Origin: Eledone cirrhosa
Lineage: Eukaryota
Direction: 5' to 3'
Assembly: GCA_964016885.1 (NCBI GenBank)
Contig: OZ024743.1
Span: 144,584,001 to 144,648,000, forward strand
Length of the DNA stretch: 64,000 nucleotides
The notes under the pieces are model-generated. The model ran no database searches. It was given only the letters and a program-made list of their open reading frames with translations, and was not told where the DNA came from. Every line of letters begins with the position of its first letter. The first letter of the stretch is position 1. Shown here one piece after another: positions 44,471 to 58,875 of the stretch. A program made the translations under genes and the position numbers.

Positions 44471-44838
44471 TAATTTATCTATCAATTCCTTTATTTATAT
44501 AGAAACGGGTTCAATTCCTTATTGTAAATACGTTCTTTTCATTGCTTCCCTCTAATGTATTTGAGAAAATCTTATAATCTTATTTATTTTCTATATTGGT
44601 AAGTATGTGAAACCTTAGTTACTGGCTTAAATCAAAATATATTTTGCATTTAAAATATCGATTGATCTATTTCAACAAACTTGAAGGTTTTACGTGCAAA
44701 TGTCTTCCAAAGAATTAAAGTACAATAGTTGTTCCAGCATCAAGGATAATCACATACTAAACTTTGTTTTTGTGAATTAGGAGAACATAAAGGTATTTTG
44801 TCTGCTACATTACGGATTGTGCTAGTTACCGACATTTC

Positions 44839-44879
<41 letters not shown>

Positions 44880-44885
44880 TATATA

Positions 44886-45345
44886 TACAAGGTGTCCATA
44901 AAGTCCATGTGTAATTTACAGTGCGTGTAGCTTTGTAACTATACTTGATAGAAATAATCTATAAAAAGGATAAGAAAGAAGTATTAACATTTTTATTGGA
45001 ATAGTTCATGTTCAACATGTCTACCATCGTTAGTAATACAAAGAGTAATACAATTCTGTACTTCTCGGAAAACATTTCCCTGCTGATTTTCAGTAATAGC
45101 TTCAATCACATCAAGTATCTTAGCTTTCGAGTCCTCAAAATATCATGGTTTGGTCGAATAAACATTGCTTTACACATGTCCCCATGAAATGTAATCTAAT
45201 GGTGATAAATCTGGTGATTGTGCATCTGTAGCAAAGTGACAAGGTGCACCATCTTGTTGAAACACTATATTCTCTATCAGTTCTAACTGGTCAAGCTTAA
45301 AAATAAAGTAATTTTACAGCATTTCTAAATATCTATCGCCGTAAA
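44886..45345 (-). mobile_element. Tc1/mariner transposase remnant
   Basis: TIR-like tacaaggtgtcc at 44886; minus strand FQQDGAPCH and SPDLSPLDYISWG. Confidence 0.75.
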
Positions 45346-45719
45346 CAACACGGATCAGTTCAATCAGCCAAAGCCATTGGAGAAGGAGCAATACGTATAT
45401 GTTAATCGATAACTATTTGTAAACCAGAAGATATAAAGGTATATACATCTATGTATACAAACTACTATAAATGTTTATATAACTAAATCTGTGTATGTAG
45501 ATGTCAATCTATCGATTGATCTCTGTTAAATCTAATAAGATAACATAACCAGCTCAAATTTGAATCCAGTGGGTGGAAATTTTAAAAACCGTTATAGTAT
45601 TTATAAACAATTGAAACTATATACTTGCTACACCTGTTCAGAGATGAAAGGATTACTGCAAGCTGTTGCCCGCTGTTGCATTGTTAACCTAGTCCAATCA
45701 ACAAAAAGGTGTTTAGTTA

Positions 45720-45727
45720 AAGTATAT

Positions 45728-45762
<35 letters not shown>

Positions 45763-45939
45763 TATATTATATTATATATTATATTATATTATATTATATA
45801 TTATATTATATATATATATATATATTATATTATATATATATATATATTATATTATATATATATATATATTATATATATATATTATATATATATATATTAT
45901 ACTATATATATATATATATATAATACTATATATATATAT

Positions 45940-46030
<91 letters not shown>

Positions 46031-46310
46031 ATTATATATATATATTATATATATATATTATATATATATATTATATATATATATTATATATATATATTAT
46101 ATATATATATTATATATATATATTATATATATATATTATATATATATTTTATATATATTATATATATATTTTATATATATATATATTTTATATATATATA
46201 TATTTTATATATATATATATTATATATATATACATATATATAATATAATATATGTATATAATATAATATATGTATATAATATATATATATATAATATATA
46301 TTTATGTATA

Positions 46311-46342
<32 letters not shown>

Positions 46343-46385
46343 TATATATATACATATATATATAATATATATATATATAATATAT
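45720..46385. repeat. Long compound (TA)n/(TATTA)n tract
   Basis: Direct inspection. Confidence 0.95.
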
Positions 46386-46589
46386 AAGTATGTATACGTA
46401 CATACATATATGTATACAGACGTACAGTAGTATGTATATATATATACATACATGCACGCACATATATATGTACGTATGGATTCACCAAACATTTATTATA
46501 ATGCTCGGTGTGTTTGTAAACAAACATCCCGTATTAAGCCGTAGTGTCTAGCAACCACCGTTGCTCGTTTGCTCAACACTGACAAAGGA

Positions 46590-46632
46590 ACGCTGTACTA
46601 GTTTCAAGCTTGTTAGCTATCCTCAGCAACGT
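46590..46632 (-). ncRNA. Type I hammerhead ribozyme (family A)
   Basis: Minus strand: acgttg CTGAGGA tagct aaca agctt GAAA ctag TA cagcgt. Confidence 0.8.
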
Positions 46633-46739
46633 ATAACTTCCGGCCAGATAGTTGAACGTCCGAAAGTGTATACTTTCCTTATGCATATTAACGGCTGAGT
46701 AGCCCAATTTGCATATCTAGTGTGTTAATCGGCCGGGTG

Positions 46740-48000
46740 CATCCATGGATTCGCTGCTGGGCAATTTCCCTGGGTGTGAGATTTTGATTATCATGCAGGG
46801 AGTATCTTTCAAAGAGTTCCTTCCCGACTCTCATGATATTATGTCTCATGCAGATAAACTTGCTCAATAGATGGGCTCCTACGTTTGGAGGTTCGTAAAT
46901 GTTGCCGGAGGGATATGATGAGACATTCAAATGCTGTATGGAGTGATGTTAGCCTCTGCCTTACGTTTTATTTAGAATTGTTCAAGTTTTAACATCAATT
47001 GCTCGGATTTCGTCTATCGTCAAATCGAATATTTCAAACATTGGTGTTACGACAGGCACAGCAAACACACTGTGAGCCACTGTTTTATTGTGTGCAGAGA
47101 GTTCCGATGACCATATTTTTCTTAATTGGGTGTAATATTCCCTGGTTACGCGTTCCTTATTACAAATACCATTATAGGATATATTATCATCTATCCCCAG
47201 GTATCTGTAGCAGTACTTCCTTGTCAGATATCGGTGAAACAGTTAGGCCATTGATAAAAATGTTGTTAGATTGGGTTGTAGTTTTCCCCCGCTTTACAAT
47301 CATATATGAACATTTATCTTGGCCAAACTCCATTCCTATATCCTTTCTTCATCCCATTTATGTTCTTGGCATATAGTTTCAGATCATCCACAAAGTTCGT
47401 ATTTCTGTCCTCCTGTGAACCAATGATGTATCCTTCACATTTCTTGAGCAGAAAGGACAGGGGGTTTAATGACAGGATAAATAGTAGCACAGAGATACTG
47501 TCTCCTTGAAATATACCCCTATGATATTCTATTTTATCAGTGAAAATAGAGTCCCCGTTCTCTGTTTTTAACTTTAGGATAGTAGCCCACGAAAAAGACA
47601 GCTTCTCTACGGTTCTGATAACAATGTCTGGGACTTTAGCAAGTCGAAGGACCTCTATCACCCAAGAGTGGGGAACAGAATCAAATGCTTTCCTGTAGTC
47701 CAGCCATCTCTAGCCATATTCCTTCTAAGTTGTCGCACCTCTGACATCGTAGTTTTTTTTAATTAGGAGTTTTACAGCACACACTCAAACACCTTTCTTT
47801 CCAGCTGCTTGTTCATCTGTGATGATGTTATTATTTTCACAGTGCTCATGGCAAAATAGGATGGCGAGACAGGCTGTATACATCTTATATATCAGGTTCT
47901 GGCATGCAATGGGTCGGTCGGTTGTTTGTGCTAATGTCAACTATTCTGGTATATGTGTAGCTCCCTTGAGAGTTTGTTGGTAGAGGTCGATATGATAAAT
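46740..48000 (-). mobile_element. Degenerate internal fragment of the R4-like family
   Basis: ORF 47314-47661 (RGIFQGDSISVLLF, FVDDLKLY) matches 53599-54618. Confidence 0.82.
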
Positions 48001-48327
48001 CTGATAATGTATGTGTATGTGTATGTATGTCTATATATATATATATATATATACATATATAAACGGAAAAAATGAAACAAAATTTCATTTCTCACTCTTA
48101 GTACGGTTGTTACTTAAATATAAGTATGTATACGTACATACATACTTATATTTAAGTAACAGCCGTACTAAGAGTGAGAAATGAAATTTCGTTTCATTTT
48201 TTCCGTTTATCGTTTTCGGTACCCCGGCCGATTAACTCACTCGATATGCAAATTAGGCTGCTCAGCCGTTAATATGCATAAGGAAAGTATATACTTTCAG
48301 ACGTTCAACCATCTGGCAGGAAGGTAT

Positions 48328-48370
48328 ACGTTGCTGACGATAGCTAATAAGCTTGAAACTAGTACAGCGT
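48328..48370 (+). ncRNA. Type I hammerhead ribozyme (family A, best copy)
   Basis: acgttg CTGACGA tagct aata agctt GAAA ctag TA cagcgt; 6-bp stem I, palindromic stem III, GUA site at 48362-48364. Confidence 0.85.
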
Positions 48371-48564
48371 TTCTTTGTCAGTGTTGAACAAATGAGCAAC
48401 GATGGCTGCTAGACACTGTACGGCTTAATACGGAATGTTTGTTTACAAACACACCGAGCATTATAATAAATGTTCGGTGAATCCATACGTACATATATAT
48501 ATGTGTGCATGTATGTATATATATATACATACTACTGTACGTCTGTATACATATATGTATGTAC

Positions 48565-48606
48565 GAATTATTTTTTATACCCCGTGAATTTCGTTATAAC
48601 GGAATT

Positions 48607-48679
<73 letters not shown>

Positions 48680-48840
48680 TGAAATTCCGTTATAACGAAA
48701 TTCACGGGGTATAAAAAATAATTCGCTTTAACGAAAGATTTTTTTATAACGAGATCGACTTAACACATCGAGCTTGTGGACAGGGATTGAACAAATGTTC
48801 GTTATAGTGAAAAATTCGTTATAATGGTATTCGTTATATG
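48565..48840. mobile_element. pogo/Tigger-like MITE end with inverted duplication across (TA)n
   Basis: TA-cagtgaaattccgttataacgaa terminus with repeated ttcgttata motifs; 48565-48611 mirrors 48678-48724. Confidence 0.55.
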
Positions 48841-48859
48841 TATATATATATTTTATATG

Positions 48860-48911
<52 letters not shown>

Positions 48912-51900
48912 CGTGGGTGTATTTGTATATGACCATTTACGTAGAAATTACACCAAAATCCTCACTTAAGGATTCAATCTAGAGTCTCGGAATAAAATAC
49001 CAATTGGACTTTGCCCTGTGGTGTTAGGATGAAAACACGATGAATGTTGCTAAATCTTGGATTATCATCATAAAGTTGGTTACGCGAAAAGAAAAATTCA
49101 CCAGATTCATTGAAACAACCTTCGATGATTTTTTTTTATTAACAACCGTGGCAAATAGAGTCTGACTAAAAGTTGAATTTATTGAAATTCGAATGGTAAG
49201 AAAGTTGGCTTCAGTGGTATTCTATGAATAAAACAACTACCATCAATTAATTCTCTTGACATGATTGTGATCTCTAAGTTATGGAGCATCATATTCTGAT
49301 TACAGGTCTTGTGCCACTACTAAATCCAGAGGAAGCTAGATTACAAAGTAACATAATTTATGCTTGAAATTCAAATTGAGATCATGTTTCAAGGTTGTAC
49401 AGAAATTCAAGTGCAAAATTTGCAGCATGGTTCTGTGAAGTGAATGTGTCTCTTGATTTATAGCAACATTTCACTCCGAGTAGCATATCTGTTGATTTTT
49501 CACTGTGAAATGTTTGGGCGCTAAGGCTGCATGTTCACAGAACCAGTTGGGATCATATTGTTTGAAGAAAATGTTAACACTCTAGCTCTCAATCTCTGTT
49601 CTATTTCAATGTGGCTAAATGAAAATTAAATGTTATCCTTTGAGTCCCTCTCAAGATGTCCGCTCATTAACAACATCCCCACTAGACAAGCGCACATGGA
49701 TAATGGTGGTAAGGCCCAGACACTGCATTTGGAGCCAAACATAAGATGTTTCTAGAGAGGCGTTGAGCCGATCAACTCAGCTTGCTCGAGGAATTACTTG
49801 CAAGATCTACATGAAATCACCACAAAGAACATTGTCTAATCGAAGGTTTCAACTGCGCGTTTTTGGCTCATAGTGGCTTCATCTCAAATGATCAACTTGC
49901 ATATTCTCAGGAGCTTACATTTGGGTAAGGGTTTCTTGATATTTTTTAGGGGCCATTCATGGAGTATTAGGTCTAAAGTGAGATAAACACGGAAAGGGTA
50001 TTACATCCACCCTTCAAAATCGTTGATGCAATGCCACTTACAAACTTTAGCAGCTAAGTGTTTTGTAAGAAATATTTTGCCGATGCCACAAGGAACATTA
50101 ATGAGAAAATGTCCTACTTTGTCATTTTCAATCCTTTTTTAATGCCGTGATAGATATGCTCCTGGCTCTCTGGCATTTTCATTCACAAACTAACCCAAGA
50201 CTTGTATATCGTAGTTTGTCTCTCAAGAGATTTCTTGTGATACCTCCATTTCTTCATCTGGCATGGCATTGACTTTCCATTTAGCTAATTTTCTGTTCAT
50301 TGCTTGCCCGATCCGATGAATCAAGTTGTAGATGTCAGGGTTAATTTTCATGTACATATTGTCATTTTGTACTCTGCCTAGTTCAGTTAATCTCCTGGTG
50401 TATTGGGTTTATACTCATGCTACAGTACAAGAGGTTTGTCAATTCTGTATGATGTAAGTATAACAGCTAATAATTGTCTTAATTTATTGTCATGCGAGTA
50501 ACTGCTAGTTCTAGAATTTGTTTCAAATTGCCATTATAGCGCAGGATTTCGTGAAGACTACTGGCTGCCTGGTATGTTGTGCACAACATATGTGCAAAAA
50601 ATTTAGTTTTTAAATGATAGAGGTAATTGGATCATGGGGCTGAAATATCTGCAAATAAAAATATTCTTTGTTGATGTGGTGGAGCGAGTAACTACATCCA
50701 AGAGCATCGCTTGCCTTAACGTTCCAGCAAATTGTTTGGTTTCTTTCGATTCAATCATTTTCGATTAGTGATCAGGCAAATACACTCTGTTGGAAATGTT
50801 TCAGTTAACGTACTTGTAGTGTTTGTGTCAATTAATGAGCTGTAGTGTTAGTGAAGTGCACTCTCTGCACATTCTCTATATAGGCTGCTATGTTGACCAC
50901 TGTTTGGTGGTGATGCATACTAAATAGCCTTACTGCTGGAAATATAACGGTTTGCTTGCTATTATTTGACCTCATTCAGTCCACCATCATTGGGCGCCTT
51001 TTCGGAAGCAAACATAGTCATATCACTGCCCTTGTTGTTATACTTTGCAACATATGTAATTAATTGCTTTGGTGGAGCTGAAGTAATCTACTTTCAAAAT
51101 TTGCATAGCAGGTTGTTCTGGAAAGTTAACCTTTATTTTTGAACTGTTTATATCGTTATCTTGCTCCCATCCTTGGTTGTATGCCTACTGTTGGCAGCTA
51201 CGCCAGACTACCAAGCTTCTTCCCTTTCTTTAGATCGCCATGCTTTCTTTCGCTTAGCCTCTGGTGGGGATTCCGTATATGATGATATTCTCTCGTTGAG
51301 CCTTTTGGATCTCACACAATAAGGCTGTTGCAGCAAACTTTGAAACAACGAATATGCTTCACTTTCGTTACGTTACCTCAGCAAAACATGTTCACTTCGT
51401 AAGTTGACTTGATTAAAGGATTGGTAAATGTATCTAGAAAAGGAGCAAAAAAAAAAAAGGTTGGAGGCGAACATGCTTGAAGGAAAATCTCACATTTTAA
51501 GAATGACAAGTGGAAAAGCCTCAATCGAAGTTTTTGAGAGTGTTCAGATATTCGGTAGCAGCGTAAGGGAGAGAACTTCTATAACCTGAGCTGATCATAA
51601 TGTTTTAGAACATTTTTAAACAATGCATTATGCGTCAAGCTTGACTTTATACCAACTTATCTCAAAGTCCTTTGAGAAAACAACACCATACATTGGGACC
51701 GGTCTTATCAAAAGATCGAAATAACAGAGGTAAACTTTGTTCCACCATTATGTTTTTCTGTTTTTTTCTGTTCAGGTTCTAGCTGTCTGATGAGGTCATA
51801 GCTGTTGAATAATGTTTATCACCAAAATATATATAACGGCGAATATGATGAATAAACGAAGTTAATTTTAACCTGTTGACTTACACTTCTTGTTTATATA

Positions 51901-51917
51901 TATATATATGTGTGTGT

Positions 51918-52370
51918 GTTCGTCTTGTTTTATAATTTAATAAATGTTACCAATAGAGAGAGAGAGTCGGTTTCTAACATGTATACTAGGCTCTCTTATT
52001 GGGATTTATACAACATCAACTAGGTAGATATGTATGCATGTCTACATGCATGTGTGTGCAGGTATGAATGTTATTGTATGTGTGGATATGTATGTTTTTA
52101 GTTATATGTGTGCATGTGCATATGCTCTGCATCTGTACATGTGCACATGCAGTTATTAGATGCAGAACTTTTGGAATATTTTCATATTTTTTCTGATCCA
52201 TTAATGGATTGTACATGTAATATCCTAACATGTCATGTTCTTTCTGTTTTTGTGAACCCCAGCTTCTCAAGATTTGTACTGAGGCAGGTACTAACATATC
52301 CCAGTGCTCCAATAATCTGAAGGTATAGTCAGGGTGGAGTATCTGCAGATTTCTCATTAGTTCTGCATAA
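51918..52370 (-). mobile_element. 5'-truncated R4-like 3' end
   Basis: YAELMRNLQILHPDYTFR and a 3' UTR matching 52457-52910. Confidence 0.82.
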
Positions 52371-52456
52371 TGTATGTATGTATGTATGTATGTATGTATG
52401 TATGTATGTATGTATGTATGTATGTATGTATGTATGTATGTATGTATGTATGTATA

Positions 52457-55400
52457 TTCTTCTGGTTTTATAATTTCACAAAGTTTTACCAATAGAGAGA
52501 GAGTCGGTTTCTAACATAGACACAAGACTCTCTCATTGGAATTTACACAAAATCGACTAGGTAGGTATGTATGTATGGATGCATGTGTAGATATGGATGT
52601 TATTGTCTGTGTGGATGTGTATGTTTTGAGTTGTATGTGTGCATGTGTATATGCTTTGTATCTGTATATGTGTATATGCAGTTATTAGATGCAAAATATT
52701 TGGAATGTTTTACATATTTTTACTGTTCCATTAATGGATTGTACTTGTAATTTCCTAACTAGTTCTGTTCTTTCTGTTCCTGCGAAGCCTAGCTTCTCAA
52801 GATTTGTATTAAGGCAGTTACTAACATATCCCAGTGCCCCAATAATCACAGGCATAAATCTGAAGGTGTAATCAGGGTGGAGTATCTGCAGATTTCTCAT
52901 CAGTTCTGCATAAATATTCTCCTTTTCACTAATCTTTGATATTATATTGGCATCTGCTGGGCAGCTAATTTCCACTACTGTGCATGTTTTCTTCTCCCTG
53001 TCCCATATCATAATATCTGGCCTGTTATGTCTGCATTTTATTGGGGTTTTTACTGGAACATTCCACCAGTACTCTTTCATATTATGTACATGGATGTCTT
53101 CCACATTGTTATAGCTTTTAATGTGTTTATTATCGGGGCTATCTTTTTTACGAACTGCATTGTACAGTGTTTTGGCCACTACATCATGCCTCATAGGTAG
53201 ATAGTACCGCGATGACATCTTTGGACAGCTGCTGATGACATGGGTAATATCCTCGATGTTAGTTCTGAAGAGTCTGCACTTGTTATCACATCTAGGTGTT
53301 TTGCCTGCATCCCTATCTCTTTTGTATTTCGTGCTAATCTCCTGTTCCTGGATTGCAAAAGCGTATCCTTCAAAATGGGAGCCAATATAGCGGTTGTTGG
53401 TCCAAGATAGACTATTTTCCTTATCTATATTACTCTCACTCTGGAGCTTCCTGGCAACATATCCATGCATGATTTTTTGCTGATAAGCATGCAGTTTTTT
53501 ATCCATGGATTCACTGCGATACTGCTGAGCGACATCCCTGGGTGTGAGTTTTTGATTATCACACAGGGAATATCTCTCGAGGAGTTCCTTCCCAACTCTC
53601 ATGATCTTATCTGTTTCATGCAGATAGACTTGCTCGAGAAACGCTTCGAGGTTCGTAGATGTTGTCGGAGAGATATGATGCGACATTCAAATGTTGTCTG
53701 GACTGATGTTAGGCTTCTGCCTCTCTGCTTACGTTTCAAGTAAAGGCGGTCTATGTCACTGTTGATGTGGAAGTTTCCGGTGTTGTTCAGTATTTTTCGA
53801 GTTCCAACATCAACTGCTCGGATTTCGTCTATCGTCCAATTGACTATTCCAAACGTTGGTGTTAGGACAGGCGCAGAAAACACATTGTGAGCCACTGTTT
53901 TGTTTTGCACAGAGAGTTCCGATGACCAGATCTTTCTTAATCGGGTGTAGTATTCCCTGGTTACGCGTTCTTTATTACAGACACCATTATAGGATATGTT
54001 CTCATCTATCCCCAGGTATCTGTAGCAGTCCTCATCAGATATCGGTGAAACAGTTAGGCCATTGATGACAATGTTGTTAGATTGGGTTGTTGTTTTTCCC
54101 CGCTTTACAGTCATGTATGAGCATTTATCTTGGCCAAACTCCATTCCTATATCCTTTGAGAACGTTGTAACCAGGTCAAGATTTTTCTTCATCCCATCCA
54201 TGTTCTTGGCATAGAGTTTCAGATCGTCCACAAAGAAATTATGGGTTAGGTTCGTATTTCTGTCCTCCTGTGAGCCAATGATGTATCCCTCACATTTTTT
54301 GAGCAGAAAGGACAAGGGGTTTAATGACAAGATGAATAATATCACAGAGAGACTGTCCCCCTGAAATATACCCCTGCAATATTTTATTTTATCAGTGAAA
54401 ATAGAGTCCTCCCTCTCAGCACATCCCCAAACACCTTTCTTTCCAGCTGCTTGTTCATCTGTGATGATGTTATTATTTTCACAGTGATCTTGGAGGAATA
54501 GGTTCAGGCAGGCTGTATACATCTTATACATCAGGTTCTGGCATGCAATGGGTCGGTAGTTTTTTGCCAAGTGGGTGTCTTTGTTCTTGGGGACCAGTAA
54601 TGTTTGTGCTAATGTCAATCATTCTGGTATAAGTGTATCTCCCTTAAGAACTTGTTGGTAGAGGTCAGTAAGATACCTCCGATAGAATATCAGTTTTTTG
54701 TACCAGTAGCCGACAATCATGTCTCTTCCTGGTGTTTTCTTATCTTGGAGTTTTCCTATCACAGTCTCAAGAGTACCCTCACTTATTTCGTATGTTTTTG
54801 TTGTAGTGTAGGAGCAATAGTTCTTTCGGATTTCTCTTAGCCACACTGCATCTTGGTTGAAATTCTTCTTTTCACCCCATATTTTGCTCCAAAAGGAATC
54901 TATGTCTTTCTGGGATGGGGCCTCAGTGACACTTATTATTTTGCCCTTCATATATCTATAGACTGATGTTTGGTTTCGTCTGAATCTTTTATTAAGCACT
55001 TTTCTCTCATCTACCTTCAGATATCGGCGTTTTTCGCTAACAGCTCTCAATTCTTGTTTGAGGGTGATCAGCTTATATTGGAGAGTTCTGGTTCTACTGT
55101 TACCAAACATCGTCTCTATTTTATTTTTCACTCTTTGTTGGTGAGGAGTGAGGTTTTTTTTGTGTTTGTTTGCATGTAAGGACCATTGTCACATATCCTA
55201 TGTTTTTTCGTAGGTCAGCAATCTTTTTTTCTATTTTAGTTATATATGATGATATTTTTGGTGGTGTTTTGTTCTTGTTAATACCTCTGCTATCACCAAG
55301 ATAATGCTTCACTGTCGTTGCTCGGGCATATAAACAGGCGTTGATTTGCCAAAATGTTGGGGTTTTTATCCGTCGTAAATATTCATCCCCTATTTCGTCA

Positions 55401-56508
55401 ATAACACGTAGTATTTCATTATTTGTTTTTTTATTCAACATTGTCGTTTTAGCACGTTCAGCAAGAGAGATATTTATATATGAATTAATTTCTCTCTGGA
55501 AGATTTCGTTGAGCGAAATTTTCAATTATTTATACTTTTGATTATCATTATCGATAGTATTTCCACAACAGTCGAGGTAGACTCGGATGGTACAAGTGGT
55601 GTCACATTTATTCGATTATTATTGGCAGTATCGGTAGAGAGTCGGACGCCATGCTTTGACGCATAGAGTTACGGCCCTTGCCATTCTGAGTTCAAATCCC
55701 GTCGAGGTTAACTTTACCCTTCATCCTTACAGGGTCGATAAAATAAAGTACCAGTAATGCATTGGGTAATTGCTCGCCTTGTGCCAAAAGTAGAAACAAT
55801 TATTATTATCGATAGTGTTTTCCCCAGCATTCGAGGTAGACTTAGATGGTACAGGTGGTGTCAAGTTTCTTACAGGCATCGTTGTTTCAAGGTGCTGTTC
55901 GACCTGGCTGCTAGGAAGTCTAGTAGCATGGCGTCCTGTAGCACGTGTTGTTGATAATATGTTTGTTGTTGGGGACTTACAATTAATAATATTTATCTTA
56001 TTTTTACGTTCAACAAACTTCGCTTGTTGGCGTAATTGTTTCGCTGTGAAATAATTTAGCTCTGGGTGCATTTCGTCCCAGTGTAGCTTCATTCTATTCA
56101 TATAGCCAATGGAGGGATTGTTTTTTGCCATTTTATAACAATTAAATAAATCATTATTAAGTTCGCAACTCCAAGAGAAATGCGATTTATAATTTCGGTT
56201 TCTTCTGTATCTACAACTGAATAAATTTTGATTACTTTCCTTGTTATTTGTCTTCGGTACTTCCTTAATTTTGTTGTTGATGTTGTATTCAGCCATGCTG
56301 TTTGTAGCAAATCCTTGTAAAATGAATTATGTATTTAGTCGGATATCTCTACGAATTCGAATAAAAGGTGTCTTCAGAATGGATAGTTAGAAGAATAACC
56401 AGTTATTCAACCTGACTGTAGTTGTGGCATTACTGTCGGAGATAGTATTCATCTTAAATTTAATAAATAGTCTCCCACGCCAAAATATGCGACTGATTGC
56501 GTTGACTG
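52457..56508 (-). mobile_element. Near full-length R4/Dong-like RLE non-LTR retrotransposon, disrupted
   Basis: ORF pieces 55727-56296, 55121-55525, 54619-55131, 53599-54618 (NYRPIAC, GIFQGDSLS, FFVDDLK) and 52685-53686 (EDITHVISSC, RHD, RPD, VEISCP). (TATG)n on both sides. Confidence 0.9.
55621..55805 (+). mobile_element. tRNA-derived SINE inside the R4-like element
   Basis: Same family as 11026-11210. Confidence 0.82.
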
Positions 56509-57101
56509 TGTATGTATGTATGTATGTATGTATGTATGTATGTATGTATGTATGTATGTATGTATGTATGTATGTATGTTTGTGTGTGTGTGTATGTATG
56601 TGTGTATGTATGTGTGTGAATGTATGTATGTATGTGGATATATATATATGTGTGTGTATATATATATAAAGTAAACAGAAATTACAAACAGCAAACGACA
56701 CAGTATAATGAAGAAATATATTAGTTTAACGCTTGAAAATAGTCTTAACGTTATATATTACAAAATATGTTAGCTTCAATGCAGATAAGTAAAAATAATG
56801 GTTAAAAAATCGTGTAAAGTATTTCTAGAGCCGAACGAGTACATTTAATCATTAAAGCTTCCAATGGTACTAAAAGATGGTAATTAGCTGCGGATGTTTT
56901 AGTTTAATGGTTTAATACATTCTTTCGCCATACGAGAAATACTTGGTTCGATTCTTGAAGGCGTCTCTATCCACTTTTCTAAGTTCCCAGGGCCACATGA
57001 ACCAACTTATTCAACTATTATTTATAGATAGCATCCACCTACTCTGTGGCTAACATAGTTTTGAAATTTCCTCAATGCTTAAAAAATTAACCAAATGTTT
57101 T

Positions 57102-57175
<74 letters not shown>

Positions 57176-57187
57176 ACACATATAAAT

Positions 57188-57229
<42 letters not shown>

Positions 57230-57519
57230 TGATGGATATGTATCCCTTGGAATACCTGCCAATATATTACTATATATATCTCTAAGCATACATCTATTTA
57301 ATATATTATCAGCCTACGAATTTTCTAATAAAAGTTGAATATTCATTTACGAACCGTAATGCATTTAGGCATTTATTCATTGAAGAAGAGAATTGAAACA
57401 CTGGATATACAAGAAGATGTTATGATCACAATATATTCGTCTCTGATCAAAGGTCAGCTCTATAAGACCTTACTTTGGAATAAACAACAACAACAACAAC
57501 AGCAACAGCAACAACTTAT

Positions 57520-58020
57520 GATCCTCCCAGCTCGAGCCGGTGGGTCTGGACCGAGGGGATGGCAAAAGGCCAGACAGTATGACCATCTTCCTGTTCCGCG
57601 GTGGCAAACCCCTCGTCTGGGATCCCACTAACAGCGACACTTTCTCCAGCCGCAACCTGGTGCAGTCTGCGACTAACCCAGGTTCTGCTGCACGTCGGGC
57701 TGAGGAGGCCAAACTTTTCAAATACCGGTCGCTCTCCGACAGGTTCACGTTCGTGCCCTTGGCAGTGGAGACTTCTGGTGTCATTGGCCCTAGGGCTACC
57801 TCCCTATTCACCACCATAGGCGCTGAGCTAGCCAGCCGCAGGTGTGAGCCTCGCGAGTTGGAATGGCTCTTCCAGCGCATCTCTCTTACTATCCTCCGGG
57901 GAAACGCCTTCTCCATCCTGACCGCCGGGGCTGTGGGGAGGCCAGTACGTGGGACCCCATTTTCTCACTGTACGGATTAATAGGCAAAGTTATAAACGAT
58001 TGTATTTTTTAAAAAAAAAA
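57520..58020 (+). mobile_element. CRE-like non-LTR retrotransposon 3' end (RLE domain)
   Basis: GLDRGDGKRPDSMT...LVWD...FVPLAVETSGVIG...FQRISLTILRGNA; GC-rich; preceded by (CAA)n and followed by an A-run. Confidence 0.8.
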
Positions 58021-58479
58021 CGTCAATTAACTAACATTCTGCATCATAGATCGTCTTCAATGATGAATCTTGGGGTTAGATAGTATTTCAGTATGATTTG
58101 TATATTCAAATTATTGTATTTTGAATAGAATAAAATCAAACAAAAGCCTATCAATTACGTTTAGAATATCACCTGCGAGATGCATATCAGAAAATTAAAT
58201 TGATGTCATATCAAGACTCACCTGAAATCAATATTATCGATGCAACAAATTAAAGATTACTATCTAAAGGAAATAAAGGTAAATAAATCTAAGATGAATT
58301 CGCTGATATCTACAACATATAAATAAGAGTGCTGCTGTATAACAGCATTACATGCAGATATTGTCGTCTTTTGGTTCCATCTTAGAAGCTTTCAAAGGTA
58401 ACCATGAGGAATTGGCAGTTGCTAGCTTTAACTGGTAAGCTCTTCACAATTACATCCTTGATATTTTCTTTACTAACTA

Positions 58480-58875
58480 CTAGCCTAGTCTGATCCTATC
58501 CTCATATCTGATGGTCGGGGTCATGAATTCATGGACCATCACTCTCCATCTTTTCCCGTCTCTTGCCATATATTCCGCCAAACTCCTTCCTGTCCATTCT
58601 TTAATATCATCTGTCCATCTCCTCTTCTGCCGTCTCCTGGCCCTTTTCCCTTGTATTCGTCCCTCAAGGGTGTGGATAGTCAAATTTAGGCCCCGAAGAT
58701 ATGATCCTTTTCCTTACTGATTCAACCAATTGTCGATTGGCACCAATCTCTTCCAGGACAGATTCATTTGTTCTGTGAGCTGTCCAGCTAATTCTAAGTA
58801 CATGCCTAGAGCATGACATTTCAAATGCACTCGTTTCAAGTCAGATGCCTTTAAATTCCATGACTCACAACCACA
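58480..58875 (-). mobile_element. RTE-like LINE 3' end
   Basis: LEGRIQGKRARRRQKRRWTDDIKEWTG motif. Confidence 0.72.

Noticed and set aside
48565-48724. Perfect inverted repeat as a functional hairpin
   Set aside because: It is centred on self-complementary (TA)n with identical arms; likely a MITE end plus fold-back artefact.
48940-51480. Microsatellite-free 2.5-kb stretch resembling decayed coding or transposase sequence
   Set aside because: No ORF of 60 aa or more and no motif I can recognise; needs tBLASTx or Dfam.
51780-51880. CTGATGAG followed by a long stem as a hammerhead
   Set aside because: No GAAA/NUH in the correct register; at best a decayed relic.
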